NCBI GenBank assembly: GCA_947259705.1
Contig: CAMYNL010000009.1
Span: 2,197 to 66,196, forward strand
Length of the DNA: 64,000 nt
From: an uncultured Gammaproteobacteria bacterium
GTDB taxonomy: Bacteria; Pseudomonadota; Gammaproteobacteria; Arenicellales; JAANXG01
Direction: 5' to 3'
Positions within the stretch are counted from its first letter, which is position 1; every line of letters starts with the position of its first letter. A program made the translations under genes and the position numbers. Below are positions 33,631-41,434 of the stretch, one piece after another. The notes under the pieces are model-generated. The model was not told the DNA's origin. It searched no databases and saw nothing but the letters and a program-made list of their open reading frames with translations.

Positions 33631-33720
33631 GAACCAGGGATGGTTCACCTGCATCGTCAAGGTCAAGGAAGACGTCCGTACCGCCGGAGGCGGGGAAAAC
33701 CAGGGATGGTTTTTCCCCGC
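33631..33720. repeat. Two hairpins sharing the core AACCAGGGATGGTT
   Basis: GAACCA-ggga-TGGTTC (33631-33646) and GCGGGGAAAACCA-ggga-TGGTTTTTCCCCGC (33690-33720, one bulge). The cores are 66 bp apart. Confidence 0.6.
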
Positions 33721-34138
33721 GTTCGCCGTGTCGGTTCCGCCGGCCCTCGGTTTGGCCATCGGCGCCTTCCGCGGTGACCGCGACACGGTCGGGCGCACAC
33801 GCATGCCGCGCTCCGGCTGGGCCGCAGACCGCCACGCCATGTTTCCCCGGAGCAGCCAATAACCCTGCTTGATCTGTGTCAATGACCCCGACGCAGTGAT
33901 ATGTTTTCATTATCCGGTATAGTCGCCCCATGAAGGGTATACGTGGCGACAGCCGTGGTAGTGTTTGCTCCACCGACCGTGCGTGGTCAGTTCCCGGATT
34001 CATGGCCGACGATAATCGAGCCCACAGCAGTTTTGATACAGCATCTACGGAGAACCGTGCGCAGCAGCTGGTGATCAGGTGCCACGCGACCGGCCCGGGC
34101 AGACGCTCGGTCGCCGGGTCACCCAGGAGGTAGATCAC

Positions 34139-34699
34139 ATGTTCCAGGTTCGGATCCACGGGCGCGGTGGACAGGGGGTCGTCTCGGCGGCCGAGATGCT
34201 GTCCGTGGCGGCCTTCGAGGAAGGAAAATTTGCCCAGGCGATGCCCAGTTTCGGCTCCGAACGCATGGGTGCGCCCGTGGTTTCCTTCTGTCGCATCGAC
34301 GACAAGGAGATCCGGCTACGTGAACCGGTGCTGCACCCTGACGCGCTCATCATCCAGGACCCCACGCTGTTCCACGCTATTGATGTCTTCGCGGGCTTGT
34401 CTTCGTCAGGCTACATCCTCATAAACACCCGCCGCAGCGTGGAGGAACTGGGAATCGCCGAGGTCGCGGATCGGCTGCCGGCGGGACATGTCCGCACCGT
34501 AGCCGCGACCGAACTTGCCATGATGTATGTCAAGAGGCCGGTCCCCAATGCCGCGCTGCTCGGTGCGCTGGCGGCGATCAGCGATGTCATCGCGCTGGAA
34601 TCCGTGGCCAAGGCCATCACCGATAAGTTCCCCGGCGCCGTTGCCGAAGCCAATATCAAGGCGGCCACCGCGGCCCACGAGAGTGCCCGCAGCCAGTGA
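34139..34699 (+). CDS. 2-oxoacid:ferredoxin oxidoreductase gamma subunit
   Basis: Trimmed to MFQVRIHGRGGQGVVSAAEML with an AGGAGG RBS; gamma-subunit signature GRGGQG. Confidence 0.88.
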   Translation: MFQVRIHGRGGQGVVSAAEMLSVAAFEEGKFAQAMPSFGSERMGAPVVSFCRIDDKEIRLREPVLHPDALIIQDPTLFHAIDVFAGLSSSGYILINTRRSVEELGIAEVADRLPAGHVRTVAATELAMMYVKRPVPNAALLGALAAISDVIALESVAKAITDKFPGAVAEANIKAATAAHESARSQ

Positions 34700-34715
34700 G
34701 GGAGGTTTAGATCTT

Positions 34716-35972
34716 ATGCTGAAACAAGTCGAGGGCTCCCAGGCGGTGGCCGAGGCTATTGCCATGTGCCGCCCCGAGGTGATATGCGCATACCCGATAA
34801 CGCCTCAGACCCACATCGTGGAAGACCTGGGCGCGAAGGTGAAAAGCGGTGCGCTCGCACCGTGCGAGTTCATCAACGTCGAGTCCGAGTTTGCCGCCCT
34901 GAGCGTGGCCATCGGATCATCCGCGGCCGGCGCCCGCAGCTACACCGCGACCGCCAGCCAGGGGCTGTTGTTCATGGCGGAGGCGGTCTACAACGCATCT
35001 GGGCTCGGACTGCCTATCGTCATGACCGTGGGAAATCGCGCCATTGGTGCCCCCATCAACATCTGGAACGACCAGAGCGACTCGATGTCCATGCGCGATG
35101 CCGGTTGGATACAGTTGTATGCCGAATCCAACCAGGAAGCCGTGGACCTGCACATCCAGGCCTTTCGCATCGCCGAGTTGCTCAGCGTGCCGGTGATGGT
35201 ATGCATGGACGGCTTCATCCTCACCCATGCCTACGAGCGTGTGGAGATACCGTCCCAGGAACAGGTCGACGCCTTCCTGCCGGCATTCGAACCACGCCAG
35301 GTCCTGGACCCGGCGAACCCCAAGACCATCGGTGCCATGGTTGGTCCCGAGGCGTTCACCGAGGTCCGCTACCTGGCCCACCACAAGCAGATGCAGGCCT
35401 TGGACCTGATCCCGAACGTGGCGGAGGAGTTCCGGCAGATTTTTGGCCGCGACGCCGGCGGCCTGGTGTCCGGATACCGTCACCAGGATGCCGAAACCAT
35501 CGTGGTGACACTCGGCTCGGTGATCGGCACCATGCAGGAGGTGATCGACGAACTGCGGCAAGCCGGTCACAGCATAGGCGCAGTGGCACTGCGCTCGTTC
35601 CGGCCGTTTCCGCTGGAAGCACTGCGCCAGCTGATCGCGCCGGCGAAACGGGTGGTGGTATTCGAGAAATGCCTGGCGGTGGGGCTGGGCGGTGTGGTGG
35701 CCAGCAATGTGCGCATGGCGTCCCATGGATTGTCCGTACCGGTATACTCGGTGATCGGCGGTCTCGGAGGTCGGCCGATCACCAGGGCTTCGCTGACAAA
35801 GTTGTTTACCGAGGCCATGCAGGACTCGTTGGAGGGCCTGCATTTCCTCGACCTCAATCAAGAGGTCGTCAACCGGCAGATCGAACGTGAGGAGGGGTCC
35901 CGGCGTTCCGGGTCGGTGGCCGAGAACATCCTGCGCGATATCGGCTTGGTGGCGACTGCGAAGGTGAGCTAG
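34716..35972 (+). CDS. 2-oxoacid:ferredoxin oxidoreductase alpha subunit
   Basis: Trimmed to MLKQVEGSQAVAEAIAMCRPEVICAYPITPQTHIVE (typical alpha-subunit N-terminus); GGAGG RBS. Confidence 0.88.
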   Translation: MLKQVEGSQAVAEAIAMCRPEVICAYPITPQTHIVEDLGAKVKSGALAPCEFINVESEFAALSVAIGSSAAGARSYTATASQGLLFMAEAVYNASGLGLPIVMTVGNRAIGAPINIWNDQSDSMSMRDAGWIQLYAESNQEAVDLHIQAFRIAELLSVPVMVCMDGFILTHAYERVEIPSQEQVDAFLPAFEPRQVLDPANPKTIGAMVGPEAFTEVRYLAHHKQMQALDLIPNVAEEFRQIFGRDAGGLVSGYRHQDAETIVVTLGSVIGTMQEVIDELRQAGHSIGAVALRSFRPFPLEALRQLIAPAKRVVVFEKCLAVGLGGVVASNVRMASHGLSVPVYSVIGGLGGRPITRASLTKLFTEAMQDSLEGLHFLDLNQEVVNRQIEREEGSRRSGSVAENILRDIGLVATAKVS

Positions 35973-35984
35973 GAGGGCAACAGC

Positions 35985-36986
35985 GTGAGCTATCAGCAAG
36001 TCAAGTTCTACCAGACCGGTACCCTGACCGTCGGCAACCGGCTGCTCGATGAGCAACAGCGCACGGTACAGGCCACGTTGGACCGGTCCAATTCACTGGA
36101 TTCCGGACACCGCGCCTGCCAGGGATGCGGTGAGGCGCTGGGTGCCCGCTACGCCATCGACGCCGCTATGCGGGCCGCGGACAACCAACTGGTCGCCACC
36201 AACGCGACCGGGTGTCTGGAGGTGTTTACCACGCCGTACCCGGAATCGGCCTGGCGCATACCCTGGATACACTCCCTGTTCGGCAACGCGGCGGCGGTGG
36301 CCACCGGGGTCGCGGCGGCACTCAAGGTGAAGGGCAGGGAGGGGATCCGAGTGATCGCCCAGGGCGGCGACGGCGGCACCACCGACATCGGTTTCGGTTG
36401 CCTGTCGGGTATGTTCGAGCGCAACGACGACGTGCTCTATATCTGCTATGACAACCAGGCCTATATGAACACCGGTGTGCAGCGCTCCAGCGCCACGCCG
36501 GGCGCGGCGCGAACGGCCACCACGCAGCCGCTGGGGCCGCAGCCGGGGGCGGAGTTCGGCAAGGGCAAGAACGTGCCCCTGATTGCGATGGCGCACATGA
36601 TCCCCTACGTGGCCACCGCCAGCGTGCATGATCTGCACGACCTGGAGGCGAAAGTCACCCGGGCCATGTTGCTGCATGGCGCCCGCTACATACAGGTCTT
36701 CGTTCCCTGTCCGCTGGGTTGGGGCGCGCGGCCGGCGGATACCATGAAGATTGCCAGGCTGGCGGTGGAGTCCGGCCTCTATCCGCTGTTCGAGGCCGAG
36801 CATGGTGAGATCGTCAACGTGACCCGCCTGCGGCACCGCGCCGACGTGGAGGAATACCTGACACTGCAGCGACGGTTCGCCCACGTCTTCAAGCACCCGG
36901 AACAGTTGCAGCACATCCGGGCCATCGCGGACCAGAACATCAGGAAGTTCGGACTGCTCGATGCGCAGGAGGGCGTTGCACGATGA
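35985..36986 (+). CDS. 2-oxoacid:ferredoxin oxidoreductase beta (TPP-binding) subunit
   Basis: 333 aa, GTG start; CQGCGE Cys motif; GGDGGTTDIGF TPP-binding motif. Confidence 0.88.
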   Translation: MSYQQVKFYQTGTLTVGNRLLDEQQRTVQATLDRSNSLDSGHRACQGCGEALGARYAIDAAMRAADNQLVATNATGCLEVFTTPYPESAWRIPWIHSLFGNAAAVATGVAAALKVKGREGIRVIAQGGDGGTTDIGFGCLSGMFERNDDVLYICYDNQAYMNTGVQRSSATPGAARTATTQPLGPQPGAEFGKGKNVPLIAMAHMIPYVATASVHDLHDLEAKVTRAMLLHGARYIQVFVPCPLGWGARPADTMKIARLAVESGLYPLFEAEHGEIVNVTRLRHRADVEEYLTLQRRFAHVFKHPEQLQHIRAIADQNIRKFGLLDAQEGVAR

Positions 36987-38614
36987 AGACGCCATTTGCC
37001 ATCACGCTCGATGTGGGCAGCAGCCTGCTGAACAAGACCGGATCCTGGCGCACCGAGCGACCTGTCTATGTAGACCGCCTGCCGCCGTGCAACAATGCCT
37101 GCCCCGCCGGCGAAAACATCCAGCAATGGCTGTTCCACGCCGAAGAGGGCGACTACGAACAGGCCTGGCGGGAGATCATGCGCAACAATCCCATGCCCGC
37201 GATCATGGGGCGGGCCTGTTACCATCCATGCGAGTCCTCCTGTAACCGCGCCCAGCTAGATCAGGCAGTGAATATCCATGCGGTGGAACGTTTTCTTGGC
37301 GACCAGGCGCTGCGCCACGGATGGCAGGTGGAAGTCAGCGCCCAGTCCAGCGGTAAGCGGGTACTGGTTATCGGCGCCGGTCCGAGCGGATTGTCGGCGG
37401 CCTATCATCTCGCCCTGGCCGGACACGACGTCGTTATCCACGAGGCCGGCCCCCTGCCCGGCGGCATGATGCGTTTCGGCATACCGAAATACCGCCTGCC
37501 CCGGGACGTCGTGGATGGAGAGATACAGCGCATCGTCGACCTGGGAGTCACGCTGAGATTGAACACCAAGGTGGAGGACATACCCGCGACCATGCAGGAC
37601 GAGGGATACGACGCCTGCTTCGTTGCCATTGGCGCGCATGTGGCCAAGCGGGTTGATATCCCCACGCCGGATGCCAGCCGCATACTGGACGCGGTGAGCG
37701 TGCTCCGGGACATGGAAACCGAGTCGGAACCGCCCATGCTGGGGCGGCGGGTGGTGGTTTACGGCGGCGGCAACACCGCGGTGGATGTCGCCCGCACCGC
37801 CAAGCGGCTGGGCGCCGCGGAGGCCGTAATCGTTTACCGCCGCACCCGCGATCAGATGCCCGCCCACGACTTCGAGATGGATGATGCGATGGAAGAAGGC
37901 GTGGTGGTCAACTGGCTGCGGACCATCACCTCAATGGACGACACAGGATTCACCATCGAGAAGATGGAACTGGACGAGGACGGCTGGCCGCAGCCAACCG
38001 GCGAGTTCGAGACCATCGAGGCGGATACCCTGGTGATGGCGCTGGGACAGAACGTGGATACGAGCATCCTGGAAAACCTGCCGGGAGCCAGTGTCAAAAA
38101 AGACGGTGTGGTGGAAGTTGGATCGGACATGATGACCGGCCATCCCGGAATATTCGCCGGCGGCGACATGGTCCCGTCGGAGCGCACCGTTACGGTGGCT
38201 GCCGGCCACGGCAAGAAGGCGGCCCGCCACATCGACGCTTACCTGCGCGGCGGCAAATATACGCCGGCGCCAAAGCACGAGCTTGCGGACCACGGCCTGC
38301 TCAACACCTGGTATTACACCGATGCCGAACAAACCGTGCAGCCGTTGCTGGACGACATTCGTCGTCAGACGACCTTCGAAGAGGTGACGGGGGGGCTCGA
38401 CGAGTCCAATGCGCTATACGAGGCCCGTCGCTGTCTGTCATGCGGAAACTGCTTCGAATGCGACAATTGCTACGGCGTTTGTCCCGACAACTCCATCACC
38501 AAGCTTGGACCCGGCAAACGGTTCGAATTCAAATACGACTACTGCAAGGGGTGCGGTCTGTGCGCTGCCGAGTGTCCCTGCGGCGCCATCAAGATGGTGC
38601 CGGAGGAGATCTGA
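36983..38614 (+). CDS. GltD-like NAD(P)H flavoprotein fused to a 2x[4Fe-4S] ferredoxin domain
   Basis: 543 aa; ATGA-coupled to the beta subunit. N-terminal Cys cluster (CNNACPAGEN...CYHPCESSCNR), two Rossmann motifs (VLVIGAGPSGLSAA; VVVYGGGNTAVDVA). C-terminal CLSCGNCFECDNCYGVCP and CKGCGLCAAECPCGA. Confidence 0.85.
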   Translation: MKTPFAITLDVGSSLLNKTGSWRTERPVYVDRLPPCNNACPAGENIQQWLFHAEEGDYEQAWREIMRNNPMPAIMGRACYHPCESSCNRAQLDQAVNIHAVERFLGDQALRHGWQVEVSAQSSGKRVLVIGAGPSGLSAAYHLALAGHDVVIHEAGPLPGGMMRFGIPKYRLPRDVVDGEIQRIVDLGVTLRLNTKVEDIPATMQDEGYDACFVAIGAHVAKRVDIPTPDASRILDAVSVLRDMETESEPPMLGRRVVVYGGGNTAVDVARTAKRLGAAEAVIVYRRTRDQMPAHDFEMDDAMEEGVVVNWLRTITSMDDTGFTIEKMELDEDGWPQPTGEFETIEADTLVMALGQNVDTSILENLPGASVKKDGVVEVGSDMMTGHPGIFAGGDMVPSERTVTVAAGHGKKAARHIDAYLRGGKYTPAPKHELADHGLLNTWYYTDAEQTVQPLLDDIRRQTTFEEVTGGLDESNALYEARRCLSCGNCFECDNCYGVCPDNSITKLGPGKRFEFKYDYCKGCGLCAAECPCGAIKMVPEEI

Positions 38615-38727
38615 CGAGGGTAAACAAGCGCGGACCTTCGGGTGCTGCGTGGGCGTCACGGTCCCGGCCGTGCCGGTATGTGGCGCGGGCTGCGCGCCGG
38701 GAGCCCCCGAGCAACCGCTGCAGCTGA

Positions 38728-39249
38728 CTACTGGGAATTCTGCAGTATATGGTCTACCGCCGCTTTCACGGCGTCATCGCTGAGAGCGGCGTTGCCGCCC
38801 TTGGCGGGCATGTAGCCGGCCTTGCCCTGAAAGCCCTTGAGGGCGTGTTCGTAGAGCGTATCTTTACCCTGGCCGATGCGTTCCTGCCAAGCGCCCGGGT
38901 CGCCCATCTTCGGCGCGCCGGCGACCCCCGCGGCGTGACAGGCTGCGCAGTTGGCGCTATATACGGATTCACCGGTAGGCGCTTCTGCACCGGCTGCTGC
39001 CGGGGGTGCAGCCGTAGCGGCGGCGACCTCCACCGGCTGGCCGACCTTTATGGTGCCGATCGGCTCGATGCGACTCGCCAGCGCGGCGGCGCGCTGCTTC
39101 ATCTGAACCTCGGACTCCGCGCTGCTCATTGATCCGCCCATAATGTACGCGAGAATGATTAGCACGATGGTGAGCGCCACCAGCCCGCCTATCATGGTCG
39201 CGAAGATCTTTCCGAACTGGGCATCGGTCAACTCGTTTTCTTCGCTCAT
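38728..39249 (-). CDS. Membrane-anchored cytochrome c5-type monohaem cytochrome
   Basis: 173 aa; N-terminal TM helix, Ala/Pro linker, CAACH haem motif, GYMPAKGG distal Met region. Confidence 0.85.
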   Translation of the reverse strand: MSEENELTDAQFGKIFATMIGGLVALTIVLIILAYIMGGSMSSAESEVQMKQRAAALASRIEPIGTIKVGQPVEVAAATAAPPAAAGAEAPTGESVYSANCAACHAAGVAGAPKMGDPGAWQERIGQGKDTLYEHALKGFQGKAGYMPAKGGNAALSDDAVKAAVDHILQNSQ

Positions 39250-39372
39250 TGGCAGTACCTAGATTGATTTCTGCGATTCGGCCCGGCCCGGCACGGATAC
39301 CGTCTTGCGTGACCCCGTGACCGGAACTGACAAAGCAGCGGAGTATACCCTAAAATAAGCGCCCCTCTTCAA

Positions 39373-39449
<77 letters not shown>

Positions 39450-39577
39450 GTTTTTTCAAAGACTTACGTATTAGTGTTCGGCGTTGACGATGCGGCCGCT
39501 CGTGTCTGCGGGCGATCGCAGTCGGAGCACCACGCGGATCTCCCGGCGGCCGGCCGCATGCGGGCAATGTCCCGGGG

Positions 39578-40405
39578 TCAATCCCGAACAGGCCTCGTGC
39601 CGTCGCCATTGATAGAGGGTTCAGCGCAAGCCGGTTGGGACGTCGGTGTTCGCTTACGCAACATGTCATAGATGAACCAAGCCCCCAGGGCGGCCATCAG
39701 GTGTTTCAGCGCGTGGCCACCCAGCCACCCCCGTGTCAAAGCGAATACCGCGTGGTCGGAGAATTCCAATGCCTTGGACAGCAGGTAACAGATCAGCGCG
39801 TAGGGGAGGTAGCGCCGGTGTGTGAATCCGTTGTTAAAAAACAGTATCAGAAACGGGATCACGAGCATCGGGATGCCCTGAACCCAGATGTACAAACGGA
39901 GGTCTCCCCCCTGTTGCCAAAGGAAAACGCTGAACATGCCCAGGCCTACGGCCGGCAGCAGCAGGAATCTCTCCAGCCTCGGCGTCACGAATTCACTGAG
40001 CACGGCCACAAAGACTCCCGTGAACCCGAGCGTCATGGGTAGTCGATCCAAGACCAATGTCTGGTCACTGGGCTCCCAGTGATAGTACATCGAGCCGAGG
40101 CACGTCAGGCCGACCCCGATGAAAAACACGCACCACGACAGGCGGGGTGGTCGGTGCGATGTCTTCAGGGCATGACCCAGACCAGCGCCGCCTACGAACA
40201 GAAATGGAAGGTTCGACAAGACGTTCTGCCAGTTCGGTATACCCAACAGGCTGCGTTGATCCGCAAACTGATGATAGAAGGGGTCCTGCGCGATGGGGTC
40301 CAGCCAGAACACCGCCACAAAAGACCCGGCTGTTATGATAAGCAACAGCCGGTGGCGCCAATCGGTTGTGCCTTCTCTACCCACGACGAGCGCGGTTGCG
40401 CACAC
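39578..40405 (-). CDS. Ceramidase (alkaline phytoceramidase-like) family membrane protein
   Basis: 275 aa, 7-TM-like; N-terminal pattern DPFYHQFADQRSLLGIPNWQNVLSNLPFLFVG that I associate with bacterial ceramidase-domain proteins. GTG start. Confidence 0.6.
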   Translation of the reverse strand: MCATALVVGREGTTDWRHRLLLIITAGSFVAVFWLDPIAQDPFYHQFADQRSLLGIPNWQNVLSNLPFLFVGGAGLGHALKTSHRPPRLSWCVFFIGVGLTCLGSMYYHWEPSDQTLVLDRLPMTLGFTGVFVAVLSEFVTPRLERFLLLPAVGLGMFSVFLWQQGGDLRLYIWVQGIPMLVIPFLILFFNNGFTHRRYLPYALICYLLSKALEFSDHAVFALTRGWLGGHALKHLMAALGAWFIYDMLRKRTPTSQPACAEPSINGDGTRPVRD

Positions 40406-40459
40406 CCGGCCAACCGGGGCATCGCCTGCTTGGTCGGCGCTGGTAAGTGAGAATGAGAA

Positions 40460-41140
40460 TCATTTGTCACCGACCCCTTTTTGTTTACGGGATGCCAGGT
40501 GTGCGCCGACGAGGCTGGCAACCAGTATGGCGATGTAAAGCTGACCCACGATGGCCTCCATGAAGGCGAGGAAGCGGACCAGCGGCAAGGCCGGACTGAT
40601 GTCGCCGTAACCCAGCGTGGTGAGGGTGACGAAGCTGAAGTAGGTCAGGTCCGGAAAATGGTCTTGCCACTCGCCGTGTCCGAGGCCGCTGAAGGAGTCC
40701 GGTAACAGGGCCGCCACCAACAGGTACAGCATCGTCCAGATCATGCCGAACAACAGGAAGATGCAGATGGCGCCCATCAGTTTATTGCCGTCAACCGGAC
40801 CGCTGAACAGCACCTGACGCATCGCTATCCAGGCCGTCAGGACGAAAAAGAGCAGCATGATAACTATATGTAGGTACTGCAGGGCGGCCCAATCCAGCAC
40901 CAGTTTGGCCATGACGATCAAGAATATCGACGTGGCCAGCCCCAGTCCGGTACGGAACCAAATCGGCCTGGACGTGATACTCCACACGCCTACGATCAGC
41001 GTCAACACCGTGAGTACGTCGAGAAGCAGTTGGCCGGCACCGCTTAGAAAATGCTCCGTCAGCGACCCTGTCAGCATCAACATAACCAGGGCCAAGACCA
41101 GGAAAGCGAAGTTGTTCTCTTCGTGGATGCGTTTACTCAT
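40460..41140 (-). CDS. Potassium channel family protein
   Basis: 226 aa; multi-TM; pore/selectivity filter FVTLTTLGYGDISP. Confidence 0.85.
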   Translation of the reverse strand: MSKRIHEENNFAFLVLALVMLMLTGSLTEHFLSGAGQLLLDVLTVLTLIVGVWSITSRPIWFRTGLGLATSIFLIVMAKLVLDWAALQYLHIVIMLLFFVLTAWIAMRQVLFSGPVDGNKLMGAICIFLLFGMIWTMLYLLVAALLPDSFSGLGHGEWQDHFPDLTYFSFVTLTTLGYGDISPALPLVRFLAFMEAIVGQLYIAILVASLVGAHLASRKQKGVGDK

Positions 41141-41196
41141 GGTCGATCAAAACGGACGCGGGTGACGTTTTCGTTCATACGAGTCCTTGGTGATGA

Positions 41197-41218
41197 CATT
41201 GATCAAGGCAGATCAATG
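41197..41218. promoter_or_regulatory. Inverted repeat upstream of the K+ channel gene
   Basis: CATTGATC-aaggca-GATCAATG: perfect 8-bp arms, 57-78 nt upstream of the start codon in an AT-richer gap. Confidence 0.3.
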
Positions 41219-41434
41219 AACTCTACGTCCACGAATGAGTCTTGCCTGTGTGAGCGCGGTTGCGACCCGTAGCTTTGAGAACACGGAGCGTGAATGGACA
41301 GCCTGCATGTTGATTCAGCATCGACAGGTAAGCTGTTCGCGATGCCTGACGGCCCACCTCGAACAGACAGTGCACGATGCTTGTCGCCAGTGATGGAACC
41401 ACGGCCGCAGGCGGGGGGATCGTTGCAAACGTTC

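Noticed and set aside
33506-34159. ORF-track ORFs of 118 aa (+) and 183 aa (-) in the 650-bp gap upstream of the oxidoreductase operon.
   Set aside because: Their composition is not protein-like, they have no RBS or motifs, and they overlap each other and the hairpin repeats. I treat the interval as non-coding.
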